DNA from: a virus
IMG/VR virus record: IMGVR_UViG_3300028610_001024
Location: 13,729-77,728 of that record
Strand: one strand, 5' to 3'
DNA: 64,000 nt
Shown: piece by piece, positions 9,670-18,317 of the stretch
Layout of the letters: each line of letters opens with the position of its first letter
Numbering within the stretch: position 1 is the stretch's first letter
Notes under the pieces: model-generated
The model's input: the letters and a program-made list of their open reading frames with translations, nothing else
Databases searched by the model: none
What the model was told of the DNA's origin: nothing
Program-made: the position numbers and the translations under genes

Positions 9670-10034
9670 AGTGTAGTCGATGATTGTCCGGTGCTTCGCC
9701 CTCTGAGAAAGTCGATGAGTGTGGTACAACAGGGATACATAGTGCAATCAACGGTCGATGGAGTAACCCACTTGTCTCGTAGGTGTTACTGGTTCCCCTC
9801 TAAATTGGAGGGTACATGGGTTCACGATAGCGTCTCACCTCGACAGACTGTATAACCTGGGAAATAAAGCCAACCGACTTCTGCCGCGCTACGTGGGACC
9901 CAGAGAACGGCAACTGCAAGGCTGGACCGTGGCACCCTTGGCCACCGTTGATTCTGGAGACCAAAAAAGTAGCAGAAAATGAGTCGTCCTCAATAAAGGA
10001 CATTATCGTCCCCTTACGGTGACACTTCTACACT
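9670..10034 (+). ncRNA. Candidate ~360-nt structured non-coding RNA (family unknown; strand inferred from context)
   Basis: Visibly GC-richer intergenic segment with at least six nested helices and end-to-end pairing. Confidence 0.6.
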
Positions 10035-10127
10035 CTTGTATTTTTGACCGCTCAAAACCTTGCTATACCATAATACTCTCTACACAGTCACACACTGAAA
10101 CCTCCCCTGACTGTCTAAAATCACTCC

Positions 10128-10144
10128 TTGGCACAGCGTTTGCA
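10128..10144 (+). promoter_or_regulatory. Sigma-54 promoter upstream of the NYN operon
   Basis: TTGGCACAGCGTTTGCA, GG-N10-GC. Confidence 0.7.
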
Positions 10145-10422
10145 TGTACATTTTCTAGTGTGGACACTAAACCAATAACTCACAATTAAAGGGCTTTTTT
10201 ATGACCAAAGAAACTTGCTACAATATGGGACATTGTGTTCCTTTGTGCGGCGTCCGTACAGTAAAGCTGACAGCTGATAAGAAAAAAACGACTTGCCCTA
10301 ACTGTCTGAATCTACTACTTACTTATCCCAAGGAGCCTACTATCGAACCTTAACCCCTTTACTATTAACCCCTCCCCCCCCCCTAATCTAACGCCTCTAC
10401 TCTTAAAAGGATAACCCCTTCT

Positions 10423-11334
10423 ATGTCCAACTCCACCTCTATTTTCGTCGATACCAGTAACGCCTACCACAATGGTGCAAATAATCTTCGTTATGATGAG
10501 CTACTCCGTTTTGCTCAACGTGATGGACGTAAGGTACAGCGCTATACAGCTTACTGCACCTATGACTCAGATAAAGATGACGGATCGTCTGAAGGTAATC
10601 TTTATGCTGAGGGCCTGGAGAAGTTCTGGGCTAGTCTAAGCGGATTTGGATATAAAGTCCATAAGGAGTACGTTAAGTGGCAAGGAAACGGTGGTAGTCG
10701 TAGACCAAAAGCTAATGTAGATATTCGTATGACAGTTGACATGCTTACGCAAACAGCTTCCGACACCATTTTACTTGTAACTGGGGACGGTGATTTTATC
10801 CCTTTAGTTGAAGCTCTACAGCTAAGAGGTATTCGAGTAGAAGTGATGAGCTTTCTCAATTCCTCTTCTGCTCTACAGGAATGTGCTGATTATCACATTA
10901 ACGGAGCACTCCTCCCCGGGGTGATTCCTATTCAACAACCTGTCAATGCTGAAGTTGCAGATGAAGACTCTCATAAACCTGTCTACTTCAACCACGGCGA
11001 ACCTGGCTCAACTCTAACCGGACAAATATACTACTTTAAACAGGAGAATAATTTTGGATTTATCCGTTATTTACCCCTGGGTGAGTATAGTAATCTTCAC
11101 GTTACAAGTACTGAGGATCCTATAACGTCCTTCAAAACTGTTCATGTTCACGGTAGCAAGCTTTTACCTAGAGATAGATACCCCTCAAATACAGTCTGGA
11201 AATTTGACCTAAAGAGTAGTGAGGTTAAAAAAGGGCAACTCACAGCTGTAAATCTTCGACCTGCGTTGACACCTAAAAATACTAAACCCCCTCATAACTC
11301 TACTCGTCCACAACAATCACCCGATAAAGGGTAA
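10423..11334 (+). CDS. NYN-domain (LabA/DUF88, PIN-like) ribonuclease with C-terminal cold-shock/OB domain
   Basis: IFVDTSN, KANVDIRMTVDM, LVTGDGDFIPL, GIRVEV motifs; C-terminal FKQENNFGFI...VHVH. Confidence 0.9.
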   Translation: MSNSTSIFVDTSNAYHNGANNLRYDELLRFAQRDGRKVQRYTAYCTYDSDKDDGSSEGNLYAEGLEKFWASLSGFGYKVHKEYVKWQGNGGSRRPKANVDIRMTVDMLTQTASDTILLVTGDGDFIPLVEALQLRGIRVEVMSFLNSSSALQECADYHINGALLPGVIPIQQPVNAEVADEDSHKPVYFNHGEPGSTLTGQIYYFKQENNFGFIRYLPLGEYSNLHVTSTEDPITSFKTVHVHGSKLLPRDRYPSNTVWKFDLKSSEVKKGQLTAVNLRPALTPKNTKPPHNSTRPQQSPDKG

Positions 11335-11369
11335 ATCCGCTCGATAAGAGCAAACTTGGAGAACTTGAC

Positions 11370-11771
11370 ATGTCAAAGTCTGACCCTGAACCCACCGTCA
11401 AAGATGAAACTGTTACCACTACCCCCCAAGCTGAGCCTACCCGTGCAGCTAACGCGTTCCGTGCGAGTGACTCTAAGGACAACAGTGATGCAGGCGGTAA
11501 ACTCTATCTTCCAATCGAGGTCTACCTTGATAGTCCTCAAGTGAATTCTCTCAGGAAAGCGGGGTTTACAACTACGGGAGCTATGCGGGGGTATCTCACC
11601 GAGTGCTTCAGTGGTAGTGATGAAGCCGTCACTAAGAAAGTGGCTGAATTTCTTACCCCAAGAAACCTTCTCGCTTCAGCTATTGCATGGAAGAAGAAGT
11701 CCCTGAAGACCAGGAATGAAGCACTCGCGGCCGAGATGGCTAAGAACGAAGCAGAACTCGCTGACCTATAG
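11370..11771 (+). CDS. Hypothetical protein, likely highly expressed, possible RHH/coiled coil
   Basis: GGAG SD; no TTA or ATA codons on my reading; followed by terminator. Confidence 0.6.
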   Translation: MSKSDPEPTVKDETVTTTPQAEPTRAANAFRASDSKDNSDAGGKLYLPIEVYLDSPQVNSLRKAGFTTTGAMRGYLTECFSGSDEAVTKKVAEFLTPRNLLASAIAWKKKSLKTRNEALAAEMAKNEAELADL

Positions 11772-11787
11772 GCTTCTTCTTCTAGTG

Positions 11788-11812
11788 GGGTCTCAATTGG
11801 GACCCTTTTTTT
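11788..11812 (+). terminator. Rho-independent terminator
   Basis: GGGTCTC-AATT-GGGACCC followed by T7. Confidence 0.8.
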
Positions 11813-11837
11813 CTAACTCTAACACTAAAGGTTTTCT

Positions 11838-12335
11838 ATGTCTAACCAACTTCCTGAGCCTAGCACATTAATCCCCGCTACTGTAATGAATACCCCTTCG
11901 CCTAAAGATAGAGAGACTGTTAAACATAGACTGGCTATTCAGCTCCGACATACGGCGCGACTACAATTACCTGTAGACGAATATATAAAAGAAACATTTC
12001 CTGAACCGTCAGACGATGGCACTATTCACATACTCGATGGTGTATCAGATAGACACCTCCCTTTACTAATTGATCTATTCTTTGAATTCTATCAGGATCT
12101 AGATAAAGAATTCGAGAGAACAGTACGTAAGGATAATTCCAACTTCGACAAATACTCCAGTATGCTGGATAGAAAATCAACCTCTAACCGTCCGGCTAAG
12201 CACACCGTCAAAAAAGCACTATCCCCTAAAGAAAAACTCCTAGCAAAGCAAGCGAAGCTACGAGAACAGCAGGCAGAACTTGAAATAGATGATGACGCAA
12301 TTGAAAAAGAAATGAGAGCAAAGTTAGGTCTATGA
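11838..12335 (+). CDS. Hypothetical protein with C-terminal coiled coil
   Basis: 165-aa ORF. Confidence 0.6.
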   Translation: MSNQLPEPSTLIPATVMNTPSPKDRETVKHRLAIQLRHTARLQLPVDEYIKETFPEPSDDGTIHILDGVSDRHLPLLIDLFFEFYQDLDKEFERTVRKDNSNFDKYSSMLDRKSTSNRPAKHTVKKALSPKEKLLAKQAKLREQQAELEIDDDAIEKEMRAKLGL

Positions 12336-12390
12336 CCCTTCGGGGGATTGAATGGTAATTTTACTGTACAAAAGTAAAAAGGAAGAAGAA

Positions 12391-12843
12391 ATGAACAACC
12401 CATCAAGAATCGTATTTCTCAATACATCCATCGTCACAAGCCCTGGAGTTTGGATTTGACGGAAGTGCTCTGCTGAACACATTGTAAATTACTTAAGAGA
12501 CTTTCCCAATAGACTCTCGGCGGTTGGACATGAAGCCACCGCGGCAGCTATGACAAAGCTATTTGGTGAGGAGGTCACCATAAATCGTGTCTTCTGGGAA
12601 GCTCGGAAAGGTGACATCGCCGTCGTCCTTAAGGTCAAGGTACTCAACGCCGAGGAGCTTGCTGAAATAGGGTACGAAGTTGGGTTACTTTCTTTCGCTC
12701 TGCCAATTGATTTTGGTGGGGCCGATGAGGAATATATGCCAGCTGCTCTTCGGTGGCTTGCGCGTCAGTTCATCGTCGCACACTCCATGACATTTCTAGG
12801 CGGTACGGATTACCCCGGTGGTCCACTTAGACATGCTGAATGA
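12391..12843 (+). pseudogene. DUF1874 (STIV B116/YddF-like) protein interrupted by an in-frame TGA at 12457
   Basis: VFLNTSIVT..G before and SAVGHEATA..T.LFG..V..NR....GD..V after the TGA, in one frame; AAGGA SD at 12391. Confidence 0.65.
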
Positions 12844-13075
12844 GAAGTTAGGGATTCTGACAGAGGAGTCAATTAAATTCCCAGGATGTGACGTCTAATT
12901 CTCATTATGTAACCAAAACCTTGAGCGCTACTGACTGGTTATCAGTATTCTAGCTCTTAGAGAGGAATACGCAAATGATGGAACCAATCGACTAGAGTAT
13001 CACGCTGCCGCGGCAAATTGAGTGGCTATCTAATATAAACCTTTACCCCCTGTCCCTCTATATTTAACCCTTCTT

Positions 13076-13861
13076 ATGTCTCTTCATCTACTCTCCTCCC
13101 ATAATCTCATTCCTGCCAAACCAGAGGATGAATTTAACCTTGCTGAGGAAATGCGGCATAGGAAGCACCAGTACATCGCATCTGAAAAAATGAAAATGGT
13201 TTCTGTATACTGCCCAAAGTACCTCACAACCTTAACCACTCGATTAGCAAAAAAAATTGGCACCGATCACGACATTAGAACCCCTGGCCTAAGTCCCATG
13301 ATGAGTGCATCAATACTTCACGGTGTAACTCTTTTACACGAGCACCCTAGCATTACTCAACTGATAATTCTTCAACAGGATGTGGCTAGCAGTAATATCA
13401 CAGACACCAGTCGAATTCAATCAATGAATCAGTGGAGAGATAGCTTCAGTGCTAATTTCTCAATATCAGACCCGTTATCGTCCGGCACTGAACAAAAAAA
13501 TACCTACATCAATGATGCTACAAAGACTACTATCAATGAGTTAAACAGTGAGCTAGGTATCTCTATGTCACACCTAATGACTTTTGCATGGATGTTGACA
13601 ATGTTATCTCAATCTCAGGTAAGTGATGAATATAAACTAAACCTTCAAGTTAGTTTAGAGTCATTCTTTAACCGTATAGATGGGCAATATCAGTATGGAA
13701 GTATCATACTCCAAGCGGTAAAGAGATCAGTAGGACCTCGAGCTATAGAAGAATTTTTAGCGGGGAAGACAATTCGAGAGCTGACAATAATGTTTCAAAA
13801 GGAAAATTACACAAGGCAGAAACTAATCAGTTTAATTCATCGATTGGTAAATGAGGAGTAG
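13076..13861 (+). CDS. Hypothetical protein, possibly tandem ribbon-helix-helix DNA-binding
   Basis: Two strand-helix-helix-like units (MVSVYCPKYLTTLTTRLAKKIG; KNTYINDATKTTINELNSELGISMSHLM). Confidence 0.45.
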   Translation: MSLHLLSSHNLIPAKPEDEFNLAEEMRHRKHQYIASEKMKMVSVYCPKYLTTLTTRLAKKIGTDHDIRTPGLSPMMSASILHGVTLLHEHPSITQLIILQQDVASSNITDTSRIQSMNQWRDSFSANFSISDPLSSGTEQKNTYINDATKTTINELNSELGISMSHLMTFAWMLTMLSQSQVSDEYKLNLQVSLESFFNRIDGQYQYGSIILQAVKRSVGPRAIEEFLAGKTIRELTIMFQKENYTRQKLISLIHRLVNEE

Positions 13862-15190
13862 AGTGATGATTGAAGTAGGCGGTAAATGGACAAAGATAAA
13901 GGATCATGATTGCAGTCGACCTAATGCAGAGGAAGCTATAAGGGTCTTACCTAGGGGAAGTGAGTGGACGTGTGAGTGTGGTAAACTCTATATGTTAATA
14001 ACCAAACAAGGCAAGCCAGTGATGATTAGTATACCTCACTATGATCACGGTAAGGAATAATATGAGACCCAAACCAGATAATCCTCACCCTGACTTCAAA
14101 TTTGTACCCTTAACCCTAAGTGGCTCCTGCGGTATCAGTCCTTCAATCCCACAAGGTTCTATCAACTACCAAAAAAAGTACGCCCCTGTGTATGAAAAAG
14201 CAGCACAGGAAAAGCTACAAAATAGAGAACCTAATAGGTATAGCTACTGGCCAGCTGGACACTGTAATGGTTAAATACCTACTTTGCCTTCTCGTGGGGT
14301 ACTTATTAAGTTCCCTTGTTCAATTTGTCAAATCTATGCGAAGCGGTTCAACAGATTTGCCTGAAAACTACGCAAAGGAAATAGATAATGACTAAGATAG
14401 AGCCCCAGATTAAAAGTATTACAATGGATACAAACCCTATTCATAAGGATTGGGAAGTAATAATTCGGTTTCAACTACCTAAACTCGATGGAGTAACTAC
14501 TGACGAAGCTGCTGGAATTGTACGGGGGTGGATGGAGCAAGCTATGAGAGAAACAGAACTCCACTATTAGGTACTTCGCTGTGTGATCTACCGGATAACT
14601 ATGCAGAGGAGATTGATCAATGATAATTGTTAATCAAGTCGGACCAATATTCAAAGGTCCAATGTCTATACCCAAGATAGTAGCTAAAAGATTAGGGCTA
14701 TCCCAGGGAGATAATATCTCAGACACTCAAGGGTTAGAAATATCCTATGCTTTACTCACACACTGTAAAGAGATGATGAGACAAGGAATTAACTAACTTT
14801 TATGTTCAAGGGTTACTCCACTGTGTTAACACACTCATACAATTTCCCCTTCACTTTCTGCTCTACTTTGTACTCCCTTGCATTATACTTCGCTCCCTCC
14901 CATAAGCACCTTAGGTGTATTTTATGCTACCGGATTGGTGTGCTCGAACCCTCTACACTAAACCACATTGTGGACCTGTATTCAAAAAACCCATCAACGT
15001 AGCATTTCCTCAACCCCTCCGCATCCTTTTCAACCCTTTAAACTAGTGTGCTTTTCCTTTTCCACACTAGGTGTATTCAAATCCCATGCTACCTACCGCA
15101 TGGTAGCCCTCTCTATATTTTTTCTCTCCTGTAACTGCTGACAATCGACAAATACAGTTAAAATGAAAAATACACTAAATCGTTTTAGAA

Positions 15191-15218
15191 CTTCCGGATA
15201 ATCGATATTATGTCAACG
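15191..15218 (+). other. XerC/XerD dif-like recombination site
   Basis: CTTCCGGATAA-TCGATA-TTATGTCAACG versus E. coli dif GGTGCGCATAA-TGTATA-TTATGTTAAAT (11-6-11). Confidence 0.75.
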
Positions 15219-15396
15219 TGTATTTTTCGACTAGGGTGAACAGTCGACTTCCACACTAAGTCAGACTTCAATAAACATAAGGCCTTTACGCTTTTTGAGT
15301 GTCCACACTAATTCAATCTGTATTTTTTACCTAGTGTGCCTAGTGTGTTAGCCTTAGACACTAGCAAGTGGCTGAAATATATTCTTATTCTTAAAG

Positions 15397-15413
15397 AGCA
15401 CGAATCGTGCCAA
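15397..15413 (-). promoter_or_regulatory. Sigma-54-like motif on the minus strand, also a palindrome
   Basis: TTGGCACGATTCGTGCT on minus strand; GG-N10-GC. Confidence 0.5.
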
Positions 15414-15461
15414 ATACGTACCCTAAGTGAAAAAAGTTCAACTTTTTTGGAGACCGCTCCC

Positions 15462-16097
15462 ATGAGTGATTCCCGACGCAGCCAACTCTCAACTCATACT
15501 GATTACCATCTACTCATAGCTAAAAACTCCCCTATAGACGTACCTACCCAACTTGACGAATTTCAATGCCTTATCACTACAGGGTTATCCCCAAAAGATA
15601 GTTACTATAAATTAGCACAATCCTGGGCTCGACAGTATAAAGTCAACCAAGAAACTCAACAGAAAATAGATAACCAGCCAAAACTAGCAGAGGATAGTTA
15701 CGATCTAATTCTACCTACCTCCTGTAGCACTTGGCATGGACGTGGTGATAGTTGCATTGAACCTGCTACTCAATACTTAGTAGACCCTAATGGCTATCTA
15801 ATTCCTAACGGTCATGTCTGCTCAGGTCATGCTTACAGTATCCTATTAGAATACAAAGAAAAACTAGATGAACATTGGACCTCTATCCCTATCTACTTTT
15901 CCCAGTATGGTCCTACTATCACCCTTGAGGCACACCAACACTTTATCCACCAATCTCTAACTAAGCCTATGGCCGATGAATTATTACTTATTCAAGGTTA
16001 CATAAAGCTCAAAATGTCAGAACAAGTATTTAACTTTTCTAGATCATTGGCACGAGCTGGGATAGACTTACTAAATGGTGAACAGCAAAAGTGGTAG
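15462..16097 (+). CDS. Hypothetical protein
   Basis: GGAG SD before ATG 15462; the track start at 15336 lies in the repeat array. Confidence 0.55.
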   Translation: MSDSRRSQLSTHTDYHLLIAKNSPIDVPTQLDEFQCLITTGLSPKDSYYKLAQSWARQYKVNQETQQKIDNQPKLAEDSYDLILPTSCSTWHGRGDSCIEPATQYLVDPNGYLIPNGHVCSGHAYSILLEYKEKLDEHWTSIPIYFSQYGPTITLEAHQHFIHQSLTKPMADELLLIQGYIKLKMSEQVFNFSRSLARAGIDLLNGEQQKW

Positions 16098-16383
16098 ATT
16101 TACCTACTACTCTATCTAGATTCCCACACGGGCCTATACGCGCGCACGAGGGGATCATATCTACCTTCTACTCCCACCACACTCCACACATACCCCACAA
16201 TGCGAGACTTTAACCCTAAGACGTGACCACCCCCTACAAGCCACGAGAACTGCCCTTTACCCCCACTCGTTCCTTACAGGTCCTCCTATGGCTCCACGTA
16301 CGTTCTATCCTTACGCCTTACTTACGCCTTCCACCTTTTCTACCGTCGCATTACCGCCCCCTTGAAAAAAGTTGAGATAGTTC

Positions 16384-16412
16384 TTGACACCTGAATACAG
16401 GTATGGCAAGGT
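16384..16412 (+). promoter_or_regulatory. Sigma-70-type promoter
   Basis: A-tract UP element, TTGACA-N17-(TGG)CAAGGT, followed by 5' hairpin. Confidence 0.55.
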
Positions 16413-17333
16413 CATACCCGTCAAGAGGTCTGACGGGTTGTCATCCTTTTGAGGGGTAGGTACTTTAAGGTTAAAAACGGACTCATGACTAGATAACGCG
16501 AATAAGTACCTACCTCTACATCAGGAATAAACTACATGGAACTTAGAACACAGGAAAAAAGAACTTTTCAGGCTGAATACACCGCTGGCAATTCTGCAAC
16601 TGTAGATAGTATTCAATCCCGTAAGCAACTCCTCAGACTAGCCAGATCCAATCCCAATATCCTCCAGTCTAACTCCTATCTCTCAAGTCTATCTAAAATT
16701 GACCTCCTAAACTTACTCAATGGAGTCTAATAGAAATGGAGTGCCTAACCCACCCTCAATTACTACTTCTAACAACTCAAGACCGCAAAAAGTACGACCA
16801 TTATGGGTTCCCTCGCAACCTCATCGCAATTACCAAGTCTCGTAAAACGAAACGCCGTAATAAAATCGTCCGTGTAAGTCGACGACGTAACCGAAAATAA
16901 CTCCACTGTCAGACCATAAAGCCTAGCTTAGCTAAAAAGCCGTGACTAGGTAGGTCTGATAGACTACGATTCACTAGGTAATTGAGGGTGGAAAATCGTC
17001 AATGGAAAAGTGCATGGTTTGAACTGCAACCAATTGATGAAAAGGATTCATTCTACACTGAGTACTAATCATGATCTACCAAATAGAAACCTCTCGTGGC
17101 GACCGTATCGACATCCCTATTGATATCTCTACAGTAGGTAAACCTCACCACTCTACTGAGACTACCCTAGTAGTTAATAACTCCCTAACCCAAGCTCTAC
17201 TTTCCCCAAAACTAACCAATAAAATAATCACCCGAGCATGTCTACAATTCAACGATCATCTAATCCCTATACTTTCAACTCAACTTGCTGATGATTTGGC
17301 TCGGGCTAAGTCGATACGAAGTAAATAATACTT

Positions 17334-17408
17334 TCAAGGTCGGACCCTCTACACGGTTCGATTCCGTAGAGCGCTCATTGGTAGGTAAAGGGATCCAGCC
17401 GACCTTGA
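17334..17408 (+). ncRNA. 75-nt T-loop-containing structured RNA (tRNA-like / Y-RNA-like candidate)
   Basis: TCAAGGTCGG/CCGACCTTGA 10-bp closing stem; ACGG-TTCGATT-CCGT T-arm. Confidence 0.5.
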
Positions 17409-17433
17409 TTAAATTTCTGTAAGGACATCCACA

Positions 17434-17904
17434 ATGATCATCACACACCAATTCCAATTCGGCATTACAGCTGATCTTAATACCCCCATTGCCTTCGATC
17501 CTTACAAACTCAAGTGGCCCGACTGGCTTATCCCTTTCACGCTCGCTTCAAAGTACAGTGACCATTCTATCTACATCCGTAACAATGCATGGCATTTATG
17601 TACAAAGCAACACGGTGAGTGTACCATACCCATCTCACATTACATAACTTTAGACGATAACAATCAACTGGACATATCGGCTGAGGAACAATCTATCTCA
17701 ACAGCAATTGAAACAACAGCAATTGAAACAACAGCAATAGAAGAACTAATTACACCTACACCCGAAGCCACTGAAGCTCTAACTGAAATGGGTATCGACA
17801 TTGATCTCCCACCAGCTAAAACAGTTATACCTACAGATAAGAAACCCCCACGTAAGCCCCGTAAACGTAAGTCCAAAGCTGCCTCTAAAAAGGACGACCT
17901 ATGA
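17434..17904 (+). CDS. Hypothetical protein with TAIET repeats and basic tail
   Basis: AAGGA SD; 15-bp tandem repeat at 17701-17742. Confidence 0.6.
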   Translation: MIITHQFQFGITADLNTPIAFDPYKLKWPDWLIPFTLASKYSDHSIYIRNNAWHLCTKQHGECTIPISHYITLDDNNQLDISAEEQSISTAIETTAIETTAIEELITPTPEATEALTEMGIDIDLPPAKTVIPTDKKPPRKPRKRKSKAASKKDDL

Positions 17905-18317
17905 AAGAGATCACCGTTGACGGTTACAAGGTATCCAAAAAACTTCAGGTTGAACAATACATTGCTATTCTATCACACGGTCCAACATGGACTGGAAATC
18001 TAATTAGCAAGTCGGCACGAACTGCACTTGTAACTCAAGGATATATCCGCTGGGATGATCAAGCTGTTGATTCTCGTCATAAATCGCCAGGAGCTTACAT
18101 TGCTACTTTTGCTACATTACGGTATCAATCATCACAACAAGCAACTCTCCAAGCCTCTAATGGTAGAGAAATGACTAAGATATCCTTACACTCAAATCCT
18201 ATAGGTGAATTAGTTCTAATACATGACCAACTACCCACTTGAAAACCTATATAACTCTAATCTTTAATGTCAAATGTTTAATACTGAATATAAACGATTT
18301 ACTGTGAAGACCGAAAA

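Larger units (their letters stand above)
14900..15450. repeat. Array of ACACTA/TAGTGT and STGTATT motifs (iteron or accessory-site like)
   Basis: ACACTA/TAGTGT at 14955, 15044, 15064, 15172, 15253, 15305, 15332, 15341, 15358; palindrome AAAAAAGTT-C-AACTTTTTT at 15430-15448. Confidence 0.7.

Noticed and set aside
9700-9885. RNase P RNA or tmRNA identity for the structured RNA (GAGAAAGTC, AGTGCAA, CGACTT; ATAAAGCCAAC)
   Set aside because: The P4-like partner is mid-molecule rather than near the 3' end; no tRNA-Ala-like ends, CCA or tag ending in AA-stop
14900-15450. CRISPR array
   Set aside because: Repeats are 6-13 bp, in mixed orientation and irregularly spaced; no cas genes
14802-15461. 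ORF 14802-15002 and the 15336 GTG extension
   Set aside because: They lie in the repeat array without SDs; ATG 15462 has a GGAG SD
17701-17742. 15-bp tandem repeat as a regulatory element
   Set aside because: In-frame coding repeat (TAIET) in a low-complexity linker
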